64,000 nucleotides of DNA from NCBI GenBank assembly GCA_013239625.1, contig MU054212.1, forward strand, positions 6,484,270 to 6,548,269. The letters run 5' to 3'. Below are positions 24,561 to 38,144 of the stretch, piece after piece. Below the pieces are notes generated by a model. The model worked only from the letters and a program-made list of their open reading frames with translations, was not told the origin of the DNA and made no database searches. The translations under genes and the position numbers were made by a program. Every line of letters starts with the position of its first letter. The stretch's first letter is position 1. Source of the DNA: Lama guanicoe (taxonomy: Eukaryota).

Positions 24561-26124
24561 AAGTATGCCCATAAATTTAAATTAAACTTTTTCATTATCC
24601 TTGGTGATGAGTTTGTAAATGCTAACAATTTTTATGCATTAAATTATCTATAAAATTATTAGTTATGTTAAATTGATCAGAAGAATATAAATGAATTATA
24701 AAAATTGGTAATTATTAAATATAAAATGTAAAGTCTGTTGAAAATACATCTGTTATTGAGATGGATGAAGCTGGGTTTTCCCCTAGTTTATGAATCTACA
24801 GATGGATATTATTTGTCACTAGAATGTGACAGAGTTCAACTTCAGGTTTCTGTCCCTCCTGTCCTCTCCTGTCTCCTCCCCTCCCACAGCCCTCTTTCTC
24901 CCTCCACCCCGCCTCCTTTCTTTCTTAATCTAGACATAGGTATTGAGGAAACTTGCTGACAAAAGTTGGTGGGGATAGAGGGAGTTTTGACATAAGAATA
25001 TCACTTAGTTATTTGACGTTCTTCTAAGTTGCATGCCAAAAGAATATAGTAATCTATAACAAAAATATTTTAAATTATTTAGCAGCTTATGACTTCATTA
25101 TGACCATTTAATTTTATAAAAGGCATGAATTGGGAACCATCTGATTTGCAGAAGGATCTGCTACCCAGTCATTAAAATCATTTGATTTCTCAATATCTGG
25201 GAAGTGTACGAAAAAGACAACATATCAGCTATGATAACTATTCATCTTTATCTTAGAAGTCCCTTGTTTATGGAGCTAAAATTACATGAAACTGGAGTAA
25301 AAAATAATCCCATAAAATTAGACTTTTGTATTTTAGGAATTCACCCATCATTTTTGAACACAGATCTATATATGAATGCTAAATTTAAATTTTCTAGAAA
25401 GTCATCTCAAAGTCTTTAAAAGTTGTGATACTTGAGAATTATTATATATAAATAAATTCAAATTCTATTTCATGATGAAACATGATTTTTAATAACTATA
25501 TATTTGACAGAACTGGAACAGATTTGAATCTACAAAAGAGGAAGCAATTCTAATTGAATGAAGCTGATTTTCTAGAATTTAAGATATTATACTGTAGAAT
25601 ACATTTTAGAAACATTTTGTCTCACATTTGCATATAAGAGGTTGGTCTGTTTTTAAGCCTACAGGTTTATATTTTTATAAAAATTGACCAAAAAACTATT
25701 TGGCACTATTAATTATAGGGCATATAAATAATGTATTAAATTAAAAGATGCATCAGATAAGAGATGAATTAAATATTATTGCTAAGTGTATGATTTATGG
25801 TAAAAATCTGTAATATAATCTCTTTATTTTAATCTTCAGCCCCAAAATACAGGGGATAAATGAATACAGGCAAATGCAGGCAAATGGGAAATTTAAAATG
25901 AATATGTATTTATAGTATTTAATGTTTTGGCAAAGGTTAATGAAAATGTTTCCTCTACCTGGGTGAATAATATAAGAAAATAAAAGGCATTAACTTACCT
26001 ATTACCCATAGATACTACCTATTACCCAGAGATGATAATAAAAAGATAGTAATCATTTCATAGAAATAATCATGGAAATTTTTACCTCTTCTGGAATCAT
26101 GCAAAATATGCAAAATGCTGGGAC

Positions 26125-26590
26125 ATTCTGGCTTCCTCCATCAGCAGAGCCTGCATGCAGGAGGCTTATTTTGAGAAGAGATACCAAGGGATGCCAGTGG
26201 GAGAGAGGAAGGGTTGAGAGACAGAAGGCAGAAAAGCCAACCCAAGGGTATGTTGCCGAGCTGGGTCAGCACTGTGGGCAACTCCAGCTCCGTGTCGCTA
26301 CAGACCCTTGGAGGAGTCGTGTGAAATGCGCCTCGACCTTGTCCACCCAAGGGAAATACAGGAGTTTTCACCCTCTGGGTCCTGTTCCAATGGGGCAAGG
26401 GTCACCTCCTGATGTTCCCTGTCTCCCTTCCCAACTTGCACCTGTGTCAAATGTGGGTGTCCCACGTGGCAGCAGCAGAGAGGCCCTGGGATGGAAGGTG
26501 AGAGATGAGGTACAGCTGAGGTTACATGGGTGTGTGCAGTGGGTGGGCCTGGAGGATGGAGATGGGGCACAAGAAGTGTCTGATTAACAT
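26125..26590 (-). mobile_element. LTR33-like ERVL LTR
   Basis: gaggcttattttgagaagagataccaagg...aaagccaacccaagggtatgtt...cactgtgggcaactccagctc. Confidence 0.7.
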
Positions 26591-29059
26591 CTTGACACCA
26601 AAATACACCAAGTACATCCAAATACAGAGAGGCTGGATTTGCAGCAAATTGGTGTCTTCCAGCATACTTTTTGTTTCGCTTTGTTTTCCAAATACTTACT
26701 AATCTAAGAAGATAAGGTCTGGAAATCTTGCCATGTGTTGTCACCTAGGTGGAATAAAGTGACACTCTTTCTGTTTTAACCCACATTCTTTGCGTTGCTT
26801 TCCCACTTACCCTCTCTCAGAAGTGTTGCATCCTTTGCCACTAAGTAGGGGCCAAGAGGTGAGACTATTAAAGGGAAATTGTCTTCATGTCTGCCTCCCC
26901 GTTTCCACCGTCTAATGAGTATGATGATCAAAGGAGGCTGCACCCACAGCAGTGTTTGAAATTTTCCTGATCTTTGGCATCCTGGAGGTTTGGATACTGC
27001 AGTTCAGTTCCCAGTGGGTGAAAGGCAGAACTTTTATTCCTGAAGTGGGATCCCTGGTCATTGTAAAAAGGGAGGCCCAGCAAGGAGAACCAGGATAATC
27101 CTTCCTCAGGTTCCCAGGCAGGTCCGCTTTAGGAAACAACGCAAATGCAAGCTGAGGGTGTGGGAACTGACTTCCTTACAACGACCCACATCTGTGTCCA
27201 CCCCAGAAAGTCTGTCTTTTCAAGGAGTCTGTCAGCTCAGTTGGGTGTTGAAGGTGTGTGAGGTCATTCCCTGCTTTACTGTTACTTCTTGCAACCTAAA
27301 GAAAACCCTATGGCCAAGACCGGGAGGGATTTAGTCTCTTGCCAGCGGTGAGCTGTCATGGGGAGCTGGGCTGGGGAGAAGAAGTGTGGAGGTGATTTTC
27401 TTAACAAATCTCGGTGTCCTGGAATCGGTGAGTGAGTAAGAGCAGATATCCTTGTCCTCATGCCCAACAGGATGGCATTTGAATACCTGCTCAGATTCTT
27501 TCTTGGAACTTGTTTCTCAAACAATCGCGGGAGGTTATTCACCAAAGTCAATGAAACTGAAATGTTCTTTGTCAGCAGGAGAATATGACTAGATGTGTTC
27601 CCATTATATCCATTGGAAGCGCTTCCCCTGATCCTCAAAATATATTATTACATTTCAGATGACATTAAGAGATAAGTCTTTAGTCACGGAATTCTGGTAG
27701 GAAGGGAAAAAAAAAGTAGTTTTGGTTATTTTCTTTATTATTGTTGTTAAAATGTGAATCGTGCCCTTCAGTTGATGAATTCTCATTGATGCTTCAATGG
27801 AAGGAGAAGATGAAATAACATAAATGATAGCTATAATTAATTTTATACTAAGCTTCCTTGATGAAATTAATATTGTCAGATGGAAATGTAATTTAAGCAA
27901 AATATGCTTATATGCCCATGTAAGCTGAGTTACACATTTGGACTTTAAGAAAAAACTCACTCTTGCATTTCATAGAACTGCTTACAAAATGATTTAGCTT
28001 AATTGTTTGTACAGCTTTTTAGACATTATAGCTCTTTAAAGGAAAGAAGGCACATGAGATGAAAGGGTGAAAGACAAAAGGGTCATTTTAAATATGCTTC
28101 TATTATTTTGGAAAAAAAACAAGCAGGGCACTTCTAATTCCCAGAGAAATTAGTTTTTAACATGTATGTTAATGTACTCTGGCAGTAGTTTTATAGTCAC
28201 AAAAAAGGAAAAATTCTGGCAATTTAAAACAATTCAAATCTAAACTGAAATAAATTATATCGGTTTGTTAAGTAAACTTCAAAACGTAGTGACCTTAAAA
28301 GGCCAGCAAATATTAGTGAAAAGTATGCACGTCAATATCCATCGCATGCCTGACTTCTTTGTCTTTATGTGACATTTCAAGTAATTTTCGTAACTGGTCA
28401 GGAAAAAAGTACAAAATAGCAAACACTAAGACAGCTCACTGATTTCAGATAAAATCTTCCACATTCTCAAAAAAAAAAACCTAAGCATCATAAACTGACA
28501 TTGATTACAATTCTGTAAAAAAACATCTGCAACTTGTTTCTTAATATGAAACCAAACATTGTGTAACACGAAAATTCAAACTACCAGCAATTGTTATTTC
28601 TTCCCTGTAAAGAATCTACTCCCTGTAGACAGTCAATACTATATTTATTAAATTAGCTAATTACAAGACTTAAGGGCTCATGCATGAGAACACAGAAACT
28701 CTAGTCGATGTGCCAGAAGAGAGGTGGTTTACTGGTAAAGTCAGCATTCGTCTCCACACTTACATACGTGCAATACATATGTGGAATACGGGACCGTGAC
28801 CTACCTTTCTTCCTCCGGCATCAACTGAAGCTCTACAGCTCTGTTAAAGACATGGCATGTTTATGAGGATGTAAGGACCTCATTGTGAGCTTGCACTAGA
28901 CTTTGTGATTAATGTCTAGGCTGTCGGTCTTGCTCTTGACCGTCTACTGTGCTTAACCCCCAAAAGAGCAGAGAGTAGATGTGTCAAGCGACACATGGTC
29001 CATATTCTCCCCCTGTGGCAATACAGGTTGGTTGTAAAATCTCAGGCAGCTGGAAACAG

Positions 29060-29270
29060 TAGGAGGAGGGAAAGAAATGTTTATTTGGGTCTCCTTTTTG
29101 GAGCAAACACTGTGTGGCTACTTCCCATGGGTGGCTTCATATTGTTCTTTCAACTGCCCCAAGATGTGAGCATTATTTCCATTTTACTCGTGGAGAAAAT
29201 AAAGCTCAGACTGATTACACGATGAAAATGTGAAATTAAAATTTGTAACCCAAGTTTGGTGTTCTCCCAA
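29060..29270 (-). mobile_element. MIR
   Basis: cattatttccattttactcgtggagaaaataaagctcaga. Confidence 0.65.
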
Positions 29271-29599
29271 TGATTATGTCTTGCATCTGTGGTTGTAATT
29301 GCTTCATCTTTTTTGTTACCAATCTTTGTCTTCTAGCCTTGCCAGAACCTCCAATTCATGAGGACCCAAACTACATTTATGACTTTCCTTTTTAAACCTG
29401 CTTCTCTTTTGTATCCAGCTTTCCCAAGATAGAAATCTTACCCCACCTTCCACCCCCACAACCATCTTTCTTGTCCTTTTGTACTTGGATAAAGCAACTA
29501 AGGCGGCAGCTTATTATAATCTGAAAAGATTCAACGATCAAAAATATTGTTGCATAAGAAAGTATCTTAAGTAGTTTTATATTGATATCCATCCCATAA

Positions 29600-30092
29600 A
29601 CTCAGCGAGCTCTAATACAGCCAACTAGAGGGTCTATTACCCAGTAAGGATGTCCTTGTTGCCAAGCCTCTAGGGAGCACCCCAAGTCTTGGTTACAAAA
29701 GGACAGCCCAACCTGATTACAGATACTGTTTGGGTGACCTGAGACAAACACTCACTTCCTGAAACACTGCTGCTCAAAATGGAATTTAACTGAAACACGC
29801 ATCTGAGAATCTCCTGCTGTACAGATTCCCAAGCCTCTACACCAATTCCACTGTTCTTACCTAGTAAGTGCAGAGATGTGGCCAGTCCCCATCCTGAGTT
29901 ATCTCTCCTTAATCTGTTATCCACCATGAGTCACCTTGTTAGCATAAATGATCCGGTGTGGTCTGAGGGGCCCACGCATGAATAACAAGGACACTCTAAT
30001 CACTGAGAAAATTCTAAGGACTTAAATGTTACATCCCAGGAGCTGGGACAAAGACCAGACCTCTATTCAGGTAAAATTTATTCTTTACTACA
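29600..30092 (-). mobile_element. MER21-group (MER68/MER77-like) ERVL LTR
   Basis: agtcaccttgttagcataaa...atgaataacaaggacactc...gggacaaagaccagacctct...ttctttactaca; left boundary uncertain. Confidence 0.7.
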
Positions 30093-30139
30093 CAAATCTT
30101 TTATAATTTAAAATTAAAAAAAATTTTTTTAAACTAATG

Positions 30140-32245
30140 TGATAGGTAAAATCAACTTTTCCAAATGAGTAGCTAGTTGTCTCAGCACCACTTGAGGATT
30201 ATATCCTTTCCATTATTTTGAAATACCATGTTTATCATATCCTAAATTTTCATGTATATAATGGATCTGTTTCTGGATCTCTGTTCTGGTTCATTTATAT
30301 TTTTTCTATGTCTCCTCCAATATTACATTATTCGAATTACTATAACTTTACAGTATTTTTTTTAATAGTAACTTTTACTAGTAGGTCCAATTCCACTTAA
30401 TTGTTCTTTTTTCAAAATATCTTGGTTCTTCTTGTATAATTTCTTTTCCAGACAAATTTATAAGTTTGTCAGATACCACAAATAAATCTTACTCGGACTT
30501 TAATTAGGATTTCATTGACTTTATGAATTGCTTTAAGGAAGTTGACATCATTAGAATATGGGAATTTCTCATTCAGGATGAAGGCATGCTACTCTGTTTA
30601 TTAAGTTACTTTAAAAAATGTCCTCCAGTAAAGTATTAATTCCTGTGTATATTTCTTGCATGATTGAAAGATAATTTCTAGGCATGTTGCTTTTTCATAC
30701 GCAATTGTGAATGAATTCTTTTTTCCTGTTTCTGTTTCTAACTGATTATTGCCTTCATATAGAAAAACTATGGATTTATATCTTAAACCTAGTACATTAA
30801 ATTATATTTTATTTATTAGTTCTAATAGTTGCTGAGTTAATTATTTTAGATATTTTTAGACAGATAATCATATCATCTGCATATGCCTCCTTATGAATAA
30901 ATATTGCAATATGAGGGTACAGCAAATAATGTGGAATGGAAGTATTAATAGCAGGCACTGTTGGCCAGCTCATAACTTTAATGTAAATGCTTCTAATATT
31001 TCACTTTTAAGTAACACATTTGTGATATATTTCTATATTATATCATTTGTCAAATTTAGTAATTTTCTATTTCTAGCACATTGTAAGTTTTAATCAGGAA
31101 TAAGTGCTTAATTTACAAAATGCTTTTGGAATTTAGCAAGATTACTTTATATAATTTCATTTGTAATATGTTATTATCGTGAATGACATGAATATGTTTC
31201 CTTATGTAAAATCATTTTTCTATTCTTTAGCTATATGTAGTTGAACCATAAGTAGTACTCTTTAATAAACTGTAGAAGTTAAATTGCTAAAGTTTTATTT
31301 GGGATTTTCGTAAGTTATTTTGATCAGTAGGATTTTTTGGTATTCTCTTCACCTGGAATTGGCATCAGCATTATACTGTCTTCAGGGAGTGAGGTTGGAA
31401 AGCTTCACATAATTTTTTATACTTTGGAACAATTTAAATAATATAGGGATTATATATTTTTTAAATTGATAGTAATTACCTGTAAAGTCACCCAAGATAT
31501 GCATTTTGCAGGAATAGAAATGTGACCAACTTTTACATTTCTTCTCTGATTGTTGATCTGTTGAGTTTCATGATTCTTTTTGAGTTGTTAGTAGTTTGTA
31601 CTGTTCTTTAAAATGGTGTCTTCTACATACATTTTCAAAATTTTTTGGTTATGTCTGTGTGTTGCCCTTTGTTATTTCAAACATTTCTCTATATCTGTAT
31701 TTATTTATCCTTTTGCCTTCTTATTGCTTTTTCTAATTTGTATTCTCTTTCTCTTAATAATGTGAATATATTTGCAAAAGGCATTTAAAATTGATCTTTT
31801 CAATTCAAGAAACAGATCTTGGTTTTTCTGATCAAGTTTACTGAAAAATTTTTCCTATATCGTTAAATTATCTCTTTATTACTAATTCGTCCATTTTACT
31901 TCCTTTAGGGTTACTTTGTGATTTTCTTTCTACTTCTTGAACTGAATATTTAACTTCTTTATTTTCAGCCTCTTTTATTTTCTAACAAATTTATTTAAAT
32001 CTATATATTTTTCTCTTTGTCCACATCGTACATGTTTGGATCTGTAGTGCTTTCATTTTCTTAATTTCTAAATATTGTAGTTCAATTTTATTTCTTCTTT
32101 AAGATTTATTAAAATCAGTTAGAATTTTATAAATGACTGAGTTTGTTAATTTTAAATTTTATTTCATAGTCATAAGAAAAAATGTGACTCATGACTCCTG
32201 TAATTTTTATTTGGATGGAATTTATTTATATTTTCTTTGTGGACT
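30140..32245 (-). mobile_element. Ancient L1M/L1ME ORF2 remnant, about 2.1 kb, decayed
   Basis: tagttgtctcagcacca, ggatctgtttctgga, taatcatatcatctgca, ttacctgtaaagtca; T-rich strand bias. Confidence 0.85.
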
Positions 32246-32251
32246 AATAAC

Positions 32252-32365
32252 ATTTTTGTTTTTACTATAGTAAGAACAATACCCTATTAACAAATTTTAA
32301 AGTATACAATTTAGTATTGTTAAATATAGGTACAATTTGTACAGCAGATCTCTAGAACTTACTTG
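32252..32365 (-). mobile_element. L1MA8/9-like 3' end
   Basis: aaagtatacaatttagtattgttaaatataggtacaatttgtacagcagatctctagaactta. Confidence 0.8.
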
Positions 32366-32466
32366 GTCCCTACCCTTCTCCTGAGAGCACTCCCCGAATA
32401 AATGCCTTGAACAAGTATCCCCCATCTCAGGCTCTGCTTTGGGGAACCCCACTTTGAGCTAAGACA
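32366..32466 (+). mobile_element. ERVL LTR 3' end (LTR41/LTR16-like)
   Basis: gagagcactccccgaataaa...catctcaggctctgctttggggaacc...ctaagaca. Confidence 0.7.
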
Positions 32467-33418
32467 AGGGCCTTTGACTTAGACTAATACTAGGGAGATT
32501 CATGTCTCAAGCAATTTCCAAGTCTGGATCACATTTTCAAAATATATTGTATCTATAAAAATGGACTGCTACCATGTTAGAGAGGTGGAACTCTTATTGG
32601 TGTCCTCTCACTGATGGGCAATGAAGAAGGGGACTCGCCCTGGTGGGTAGAGTCTTTCTCTTATATCAGAGTTAAAGCAGTTAATTAGCCTGTTAAGGAA
32701 GTGTCCCAAAGCTGATGTTCTTAGGGTTTACTGAACCTGTCTTATAACTTAACCGTAATGTGATCATCTCCCCTCCAGTGCCAGTAAGGGACCCCAGTGC
32801 TACACAGTGTGTCTGAGTCTGGAGTGGGTGGGACGATGAGGCAGTTTCCAATACTACCTGATGTATATGCTTTAACCCAAGGCCATCTTGTAGATCTTTT
32901 TCTTTATTCCTTCTCTCTGATATTTTTCTAAGTGTCTTGTTTTTTCTCTTTTAATAGATATTTGGAGATGGTGTAAATCTACTATTTAGTCCCTAGGTTT
33001 TAAGATTGTGAGATGGAACTAGAGGAGAAAAGGACTTCAGTGGGAGAAGAATATCTCCATGGGAGATACCTTGGACAGACTAGCTAGATGTGACTTTAAA
33101 TTTTCCCTTGTTGGGTGGAGGTAAATGTGATTATAGCTTTAATATGGATACTCAGAGCATATTAAGTACGCACACATATCCTTAGAATTGCATATGCTAG
33201 GGCAGGGGGCTGTGCCAGACACGTTTGATCGACTACATTGCTTTGGTTCTTTCTAGAGAAACTTCTGTGCTCATAGCTTGTGGTTGCAGCAGCACCATCC
33301 AACACCTGCCACTTCCCTCATCCATTCCCCACTGTGGCTAACTAAACCAGGGAGGGTGCTCAGCCAAGACCAACTGATGCCCCGTGACCAGGCAGAGTCC
33401 CTCCTGAGAACTGGATTA

Positions 33419-33510
33419 AGAGGGTACACTGAAGTGGTAGAGCGCATGCTTAGCATGCATGAGGTCTGGGTTCAATCCCCAGTACCTCCTCTAAAAATAA
33501 AGAAAAAGAG
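33419..33510 (+). mobile_element. Vic-1-type camelid SINE
   Basis: gagggtacactgaagtggtagagcgcatgcttagcatgcatgaggtctgggttcaatccccagtacctcc plus A-rich tail. Confidence 0.92.
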
Positions 33511-35019
33511 AGACTGTTGATGATCGTTTTTTGAATCCTGGAGCTTTGAGTTCATGTCGACTCAGGGATTGAGGGCATCAGTATTCGACCATCTACAAGG
33601 ATAGGAAACCTGTGTGGAGAGAGAAAGATGAAGATGCTAAGAAATGATGAAGAGATAATAACGGTGCTGAGAGATGGTTAGGAAAGTGCAGAGATACCAT
33701 GGGAGAAAGAGATAGAAATGGAAAAAGACCAGTGAGAAGAAAAGACTTCCTAGAAAGATCAAGACTCTCCTTTGTGCCTCACATTTCAATTCTCACATAT
33801 TTGACCCTGGCACCCATCTTAAATACCAAGTGTCACCTCTGCTTTCTGGAAGCCTATAATATAAAAGAAACTGCATGCTGATGAACTATTGAATACAAAA
33901 AGTCGAGGCATTAAATGCAGAAGGGTAAGTACAGATAAAGCAGAATAATACATTACTTGCTGCCCTTGGAAAGTGTGAGATTTCCTCACACTCTCCAAAT
34001 AAGCCCCTCTTACTTTCTTGATCCAACAGCAGAGGATCTATGTTCCGTGTAACGAAAAGAGCCTTGACTCCAGCACGTCAACTAATGAGAGACGTTTTCC
34101 GAAGCTTGGCGGAACAGACTCATCAGAATTCCGGATCCTTGGGGAGTAGGATCAGAATCCACAGTGACCCTATTTATTCATTTGGAGGAGAGATTGGAAA
34201 CATGGACTTGAAGTGTTCATATGCAGGAGAAATAAAACAACCTTTCAAAACATGAAGGCAAAGCCAGGGTGTTGTAAAATACAGCAGAAAGGCAATGATG
34301 GTGGACTAGAGGCTGGGTCTGGGTCCGCCAAGGAGTGAGGTGGTTGGAAAGTAAAATCAGTTCAGTGATGAACACAAGCAGAGCATACTGATGCTGGAGA
34401 AAATGTGTCTTTTTTTATTTAACATCGTCAAATTCAGACCAATAAAATGTAGTCAGTGCATATTTGCTTACGGCACATTCCTAAAAAATTCGATTTTTGT
34501 TTTCCAGCCCTCTAGGCTAAAAGAGACAGCATTCAGATTAGCTTCTACATAAAGAAGAGTTGAAGCGTTTAATGCAGAGGTTTAAGTACAAATAAAACGT
34601 TGTAATACTTTAAAAAATTAACAGAACACTTTTTCTAAAGTACCTTTAGTATCTTCCCTGTTTTTAATGACAACCAGGCAGACTTTGGCATTGCAGCTGG
34701 GTTCGGAATCGGGCTGTGCTGCTCACCTGCTAGAAGCCGATGGACAAGCCGCTTAGCAACCTTGTTAGTCTCTTGATTAGAAAAGAAGGGAGTGATCAGC
34801 ACCCTGCAGGGGAGATTCAGTCTGCCACAGTTGTCACCACTCCTTCTTCGCTGGCTCACTTTCCTCATGTCGGGGAGCCCCTTTGTGCTTTAGGGTTTGC
34901 GATCACCTGGGTAGGGGTTGTTACTTACAAGAGAACTTCAGAGTTTACTGGTGGTTGAAAAATGCACAACAAAATGTTAAAGGAACCAGCAGAAAAATAT
35001 GCAGTGTATGGTAAAACGT

Positions 35020-35182
35020 GATTAGCTCATTGTGCATCCTCAAGCAAGTCTCCTAATTTCTTTGGGCTTCAGGTCCTTCCTATTTTAAGTTGGGGATACT
35101 GGGAAGAGTGGGGTGTAAAGGGGGCAGTAGCTGTTTGAGATGGTTTCTAACGTCACTTCCAGCTCCAACATTTGATAATTCT
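35020..35182 (+). mobile_element. MIR3
   Basis: gcaagtctcctaatttctttgggcttcag...agatggtttctaacgtcacttccagctccaacatt. Confidence 0.7.
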
Positions 35183-36230
35183 CTAAGATCAGGAGCAAAT
35201 TTAATCTTTCCGTGACACCGAGGGCTCTCGCACAAAAGACAATAGCCAGCTTTAATACATCTTCCCTGAGGGTGGAATTAGGGGAAACAGGCGGTACAAA
35301 ACCACCTTGATTTAGGTTAGCAATAAGGAAGGCTTTCCAGACTGTGGGAATATTTATCGGTATGAAGTAACAAGGGAGAATGGGCCATTCTAGCAGGGTG
35401 GATTTCCATCTCTGGACAGCGTAGGATTCTGAACAGGAAAACAAGGTTTCCAGGGACCCATGGAGGGTGGAGGGAGAACAGGGCAGGAGACAGATGAAAG
35501 AATTAACGGCTCTTCTCTGCCAGCTGATTTGTAGCCCCAGGTTTCATGGAGTTAATGCTCCTTGGAGTAGGGCAAACGTGGTGACGATCAGTGAGTCACC
35601 ACGACTACCCATGTGCTTTGTATCTGGACCCAACTAGACGGTTAAGGAAGGGATTAATTAGTGCACAGAACAGAGCAGGCCTAAGTGTCACAATTTCCAG
35701 TTTGCTTTGATCATTGTGGCTGAGAGGCTAGGAGGAGAGTAATGTTCTAAAAGTGGTCAGTCTGGGGGCTAACAGAACAACCACTCTCCTCCCCTCCAAG
35801 TCCCCAGATTGAGCAAGTGAAGCATCTGGTGTGGTGACACCACAGGAAGAAAATCTGACAGGGGGGACCAGGCGTTGCTGTGACCGTCAGCCAGCCCTTG
35901 AGAAAGGACCCCTGGTGACGGTGGCAGTTTTATCAGCTACATTTAGTCCAGATAACCATTTTGATGTTGTCCTTCTAATCTCTATTTTGTTTACTTTAAA
36001 TTTTATTTCCTTCTGCCTCTGTGTTCAGTTTCTCTGTGTTCAGTCTCATTGTGTGAGCTTCAGTATTTTTGTTGTCATGTGCATGGTGTTTTTTTTTTTT
36101 GCACAACGGGATTTTTATGGAAACGATTTCATCGTCTCTCAAGACATTCTTATATTCACCTACTGTGGTTTATCATCATTTTGTTTGCATTTGTTCTCAG
36201 CCGATCTGATTTCTGCTAGAAACTGCTGTC

Positions 36231-36249
36231 GCCCCACTAGGGGGCCACA
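36231..36249 (+). promoter_or_regulatory. CTCF core motif (forward)
   Basis: GCCCCACTAGGGGGCCACA within a locally CpG-retaining unique patch. Confidence 0.7.
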
Positions 36250-36569
36250 GTGCCGTAGTCTGAGCCGGCTGGCAGCGGCTTTGCCAGCAGAGTTCTAGAA
36301 AGTTAAGACTGACACACACGTTTGGAAGGACAAAGCGTGGCTGTGACCACACTGAACTGCAGATCGCCTTCTGGAGAAATTACATGATCAGAAAAAGAGG
36401 ACAATATTAAAAAAAAAAACAAGTTTGCTATTTTAAATATTGCTGGATACTTGAGAGCATTGTTTTCTTTCAGAAGCAAAGAGGAGATTTCAGGAAAAGA
36501 CGGTATGTGTAGGCGATGTGTGGCCTTGTGAGATACTTAAGGGAAGTTGTTCAGGGCTTTTAGGATTGT

Positions 36570-37160
36570 CTCGTATGAATCTCTCCTGCCTCTGTTCTCT
36601 CTCCGTTTCAACTCGTCTGATCCACTCCTGACGGATCGATTTTCCAAAATACTGTGCCGTCATCACACCATTGCTTGTCTCGGGAATCACCACCAACTCC
36701 GCATTGTCTAGACCCAAACTTCCAATTGTTCAGGGTAACAAGGACTCCTTTTAATATTTATGTATAAATAATAAATCAATATTTATTCAATAAATATTTG
36801 TTGATGAGCATGTCCTGTCTTGTCTGTCTCTTTAATATTTCTCATATCTGTAAATCTTGCCTCTCTCCCTGCCATCCTTTAAAATTTGTCTTTAGAGCCC
36901 TTCAGTGTCTACTAGAAGACACTCAACTGGTCCCTCACGAAAGAGGCACGAAGACTCATCACTGCATGGCCCCACCAGCTTTCCGTCTCACCCCTCGGGG
37001 CTATCCTCCAGGACACCTGCCGGCCTCCTCAGACTCTTTCTTGTCTCAGGACCTTGCATCTCCTCCCTCTGTCTGTGATGCCCAATTCCCCTTTCCACTC
37101 CAGCCCTCGGCGTTCTTATACTGCGCACCAACCTAGAATCTATGGATTATCGGCATGACT
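36570..37160 (+). mobile_element. L2 fragments
   Basis: ctcctgcctctgttctctctcc...gattttccaaaatac...; attcaataaatatttgttga; tctcaggaccttgcatctcc. Confidence 0.6.
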
Positions 37161-38144
37161 TCTGGAAAATGTCATGTAAACGATGTAACTAACCGAGGAC
37201 ACCATAGCGATGCTTTGTGATCAAGATGGCCCCTTCTGTGTAAGTGATGGGATCATACGGATCACTTAGCAACGTCACCTGGTAGATACGGGCCCAGAGT
37301 GCATCCAATGTGGCAAAAAATAAAATCGGGGGAACTGAACTAAGAGTGCTAAACCTGCTTCCCCTCAGTCTTACTTACATCCTTACAGTTATTAGTAGAG
37401 TCTGATACTGTGGGTTAGGTATTTCTTTCGTGTGCGTCTGATTTGATAATCTGACCTTTGTGTTATCCCACCTTGTCACTTTTGCTGGGATGTTACCAGC
37501 TGGTGCTGTTTAGGTTAGCTTTAGCTCCATTAACTGGTTAGGCTCATTACATCACTTCAGTGTACGGCTTAACTCTGTTTCAGTTTCTCTTTTTTTGTGG
37601 AATGAGATTGATAAATATCCATGCCAGATTTATCCCACTTTCCCACGGAAAAATCTGTGAAAGCTGATCAAATAATTATTACAATGGTGTTGTTTTGGGT
37701 AGATCCTTTGAAAGGAAGAAGGAATGTAACATGAACTGAGTCATATTTTACTGGTGTCTAAGATCCCCAAGAGGAAGTTATGTCCTGTGACCTAAATCTG
37801 ACTCCATTTCATCTTTAATCTTCCATGCCAGAGATCCATTTTTAGAAATTCATAAAAAGTGCCTCTTATAGAATAATTTATTTCTAAGAATTAAATATCT
37901 TTCAACACATCATATACTAGTCATTTTCCTAGAAATGTGGGGCACTAGAATTAAAGAACTCTAAAAGTACCATAGTAAAAGAAGTAATTTAAGTTCAGTG
38001 CCCATCCTTTCTGGATGTTGGAGCTTAAATTCCAGAAGGTTGTGGCACTCTCCCAAGCTTACACAGCTATTAGCGTTATAGCTGAGTCTTGAACCCTCCT
38101 TCTGATGAAAGAAGTCACCATCCTTTTTCCACATGGGAGCTACC

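Noticed and set aside
26072..26587. Longest ORF (171 aa)
   Set aside because: Lies almost wholly within an LTR33-like LTR; no recognisable domain
33419..33489. tRNA-Ala(AGC)-like sequence (also at 1316 and 42953)
   Set aside because: A-rich tails, SINE-specific head and linker, a TSD at the 42.9 kb copy and imperfect stems identify these as Vic-1 SINEs, not tRNA genes
36474..36502. 29-nt + strand exon-like segment (ttttctttcag...ACG|gtatgt)
   Set aside because: Isolated, not frame-preserving, and no recognisable peptide
36490..36717. Charged, protein-like 75-aa ORF (RQEWIRRVETEREQRQERF)
   Set aside because: Reverse complement of a pyrimidine-rich L2 segment; non-ATG start
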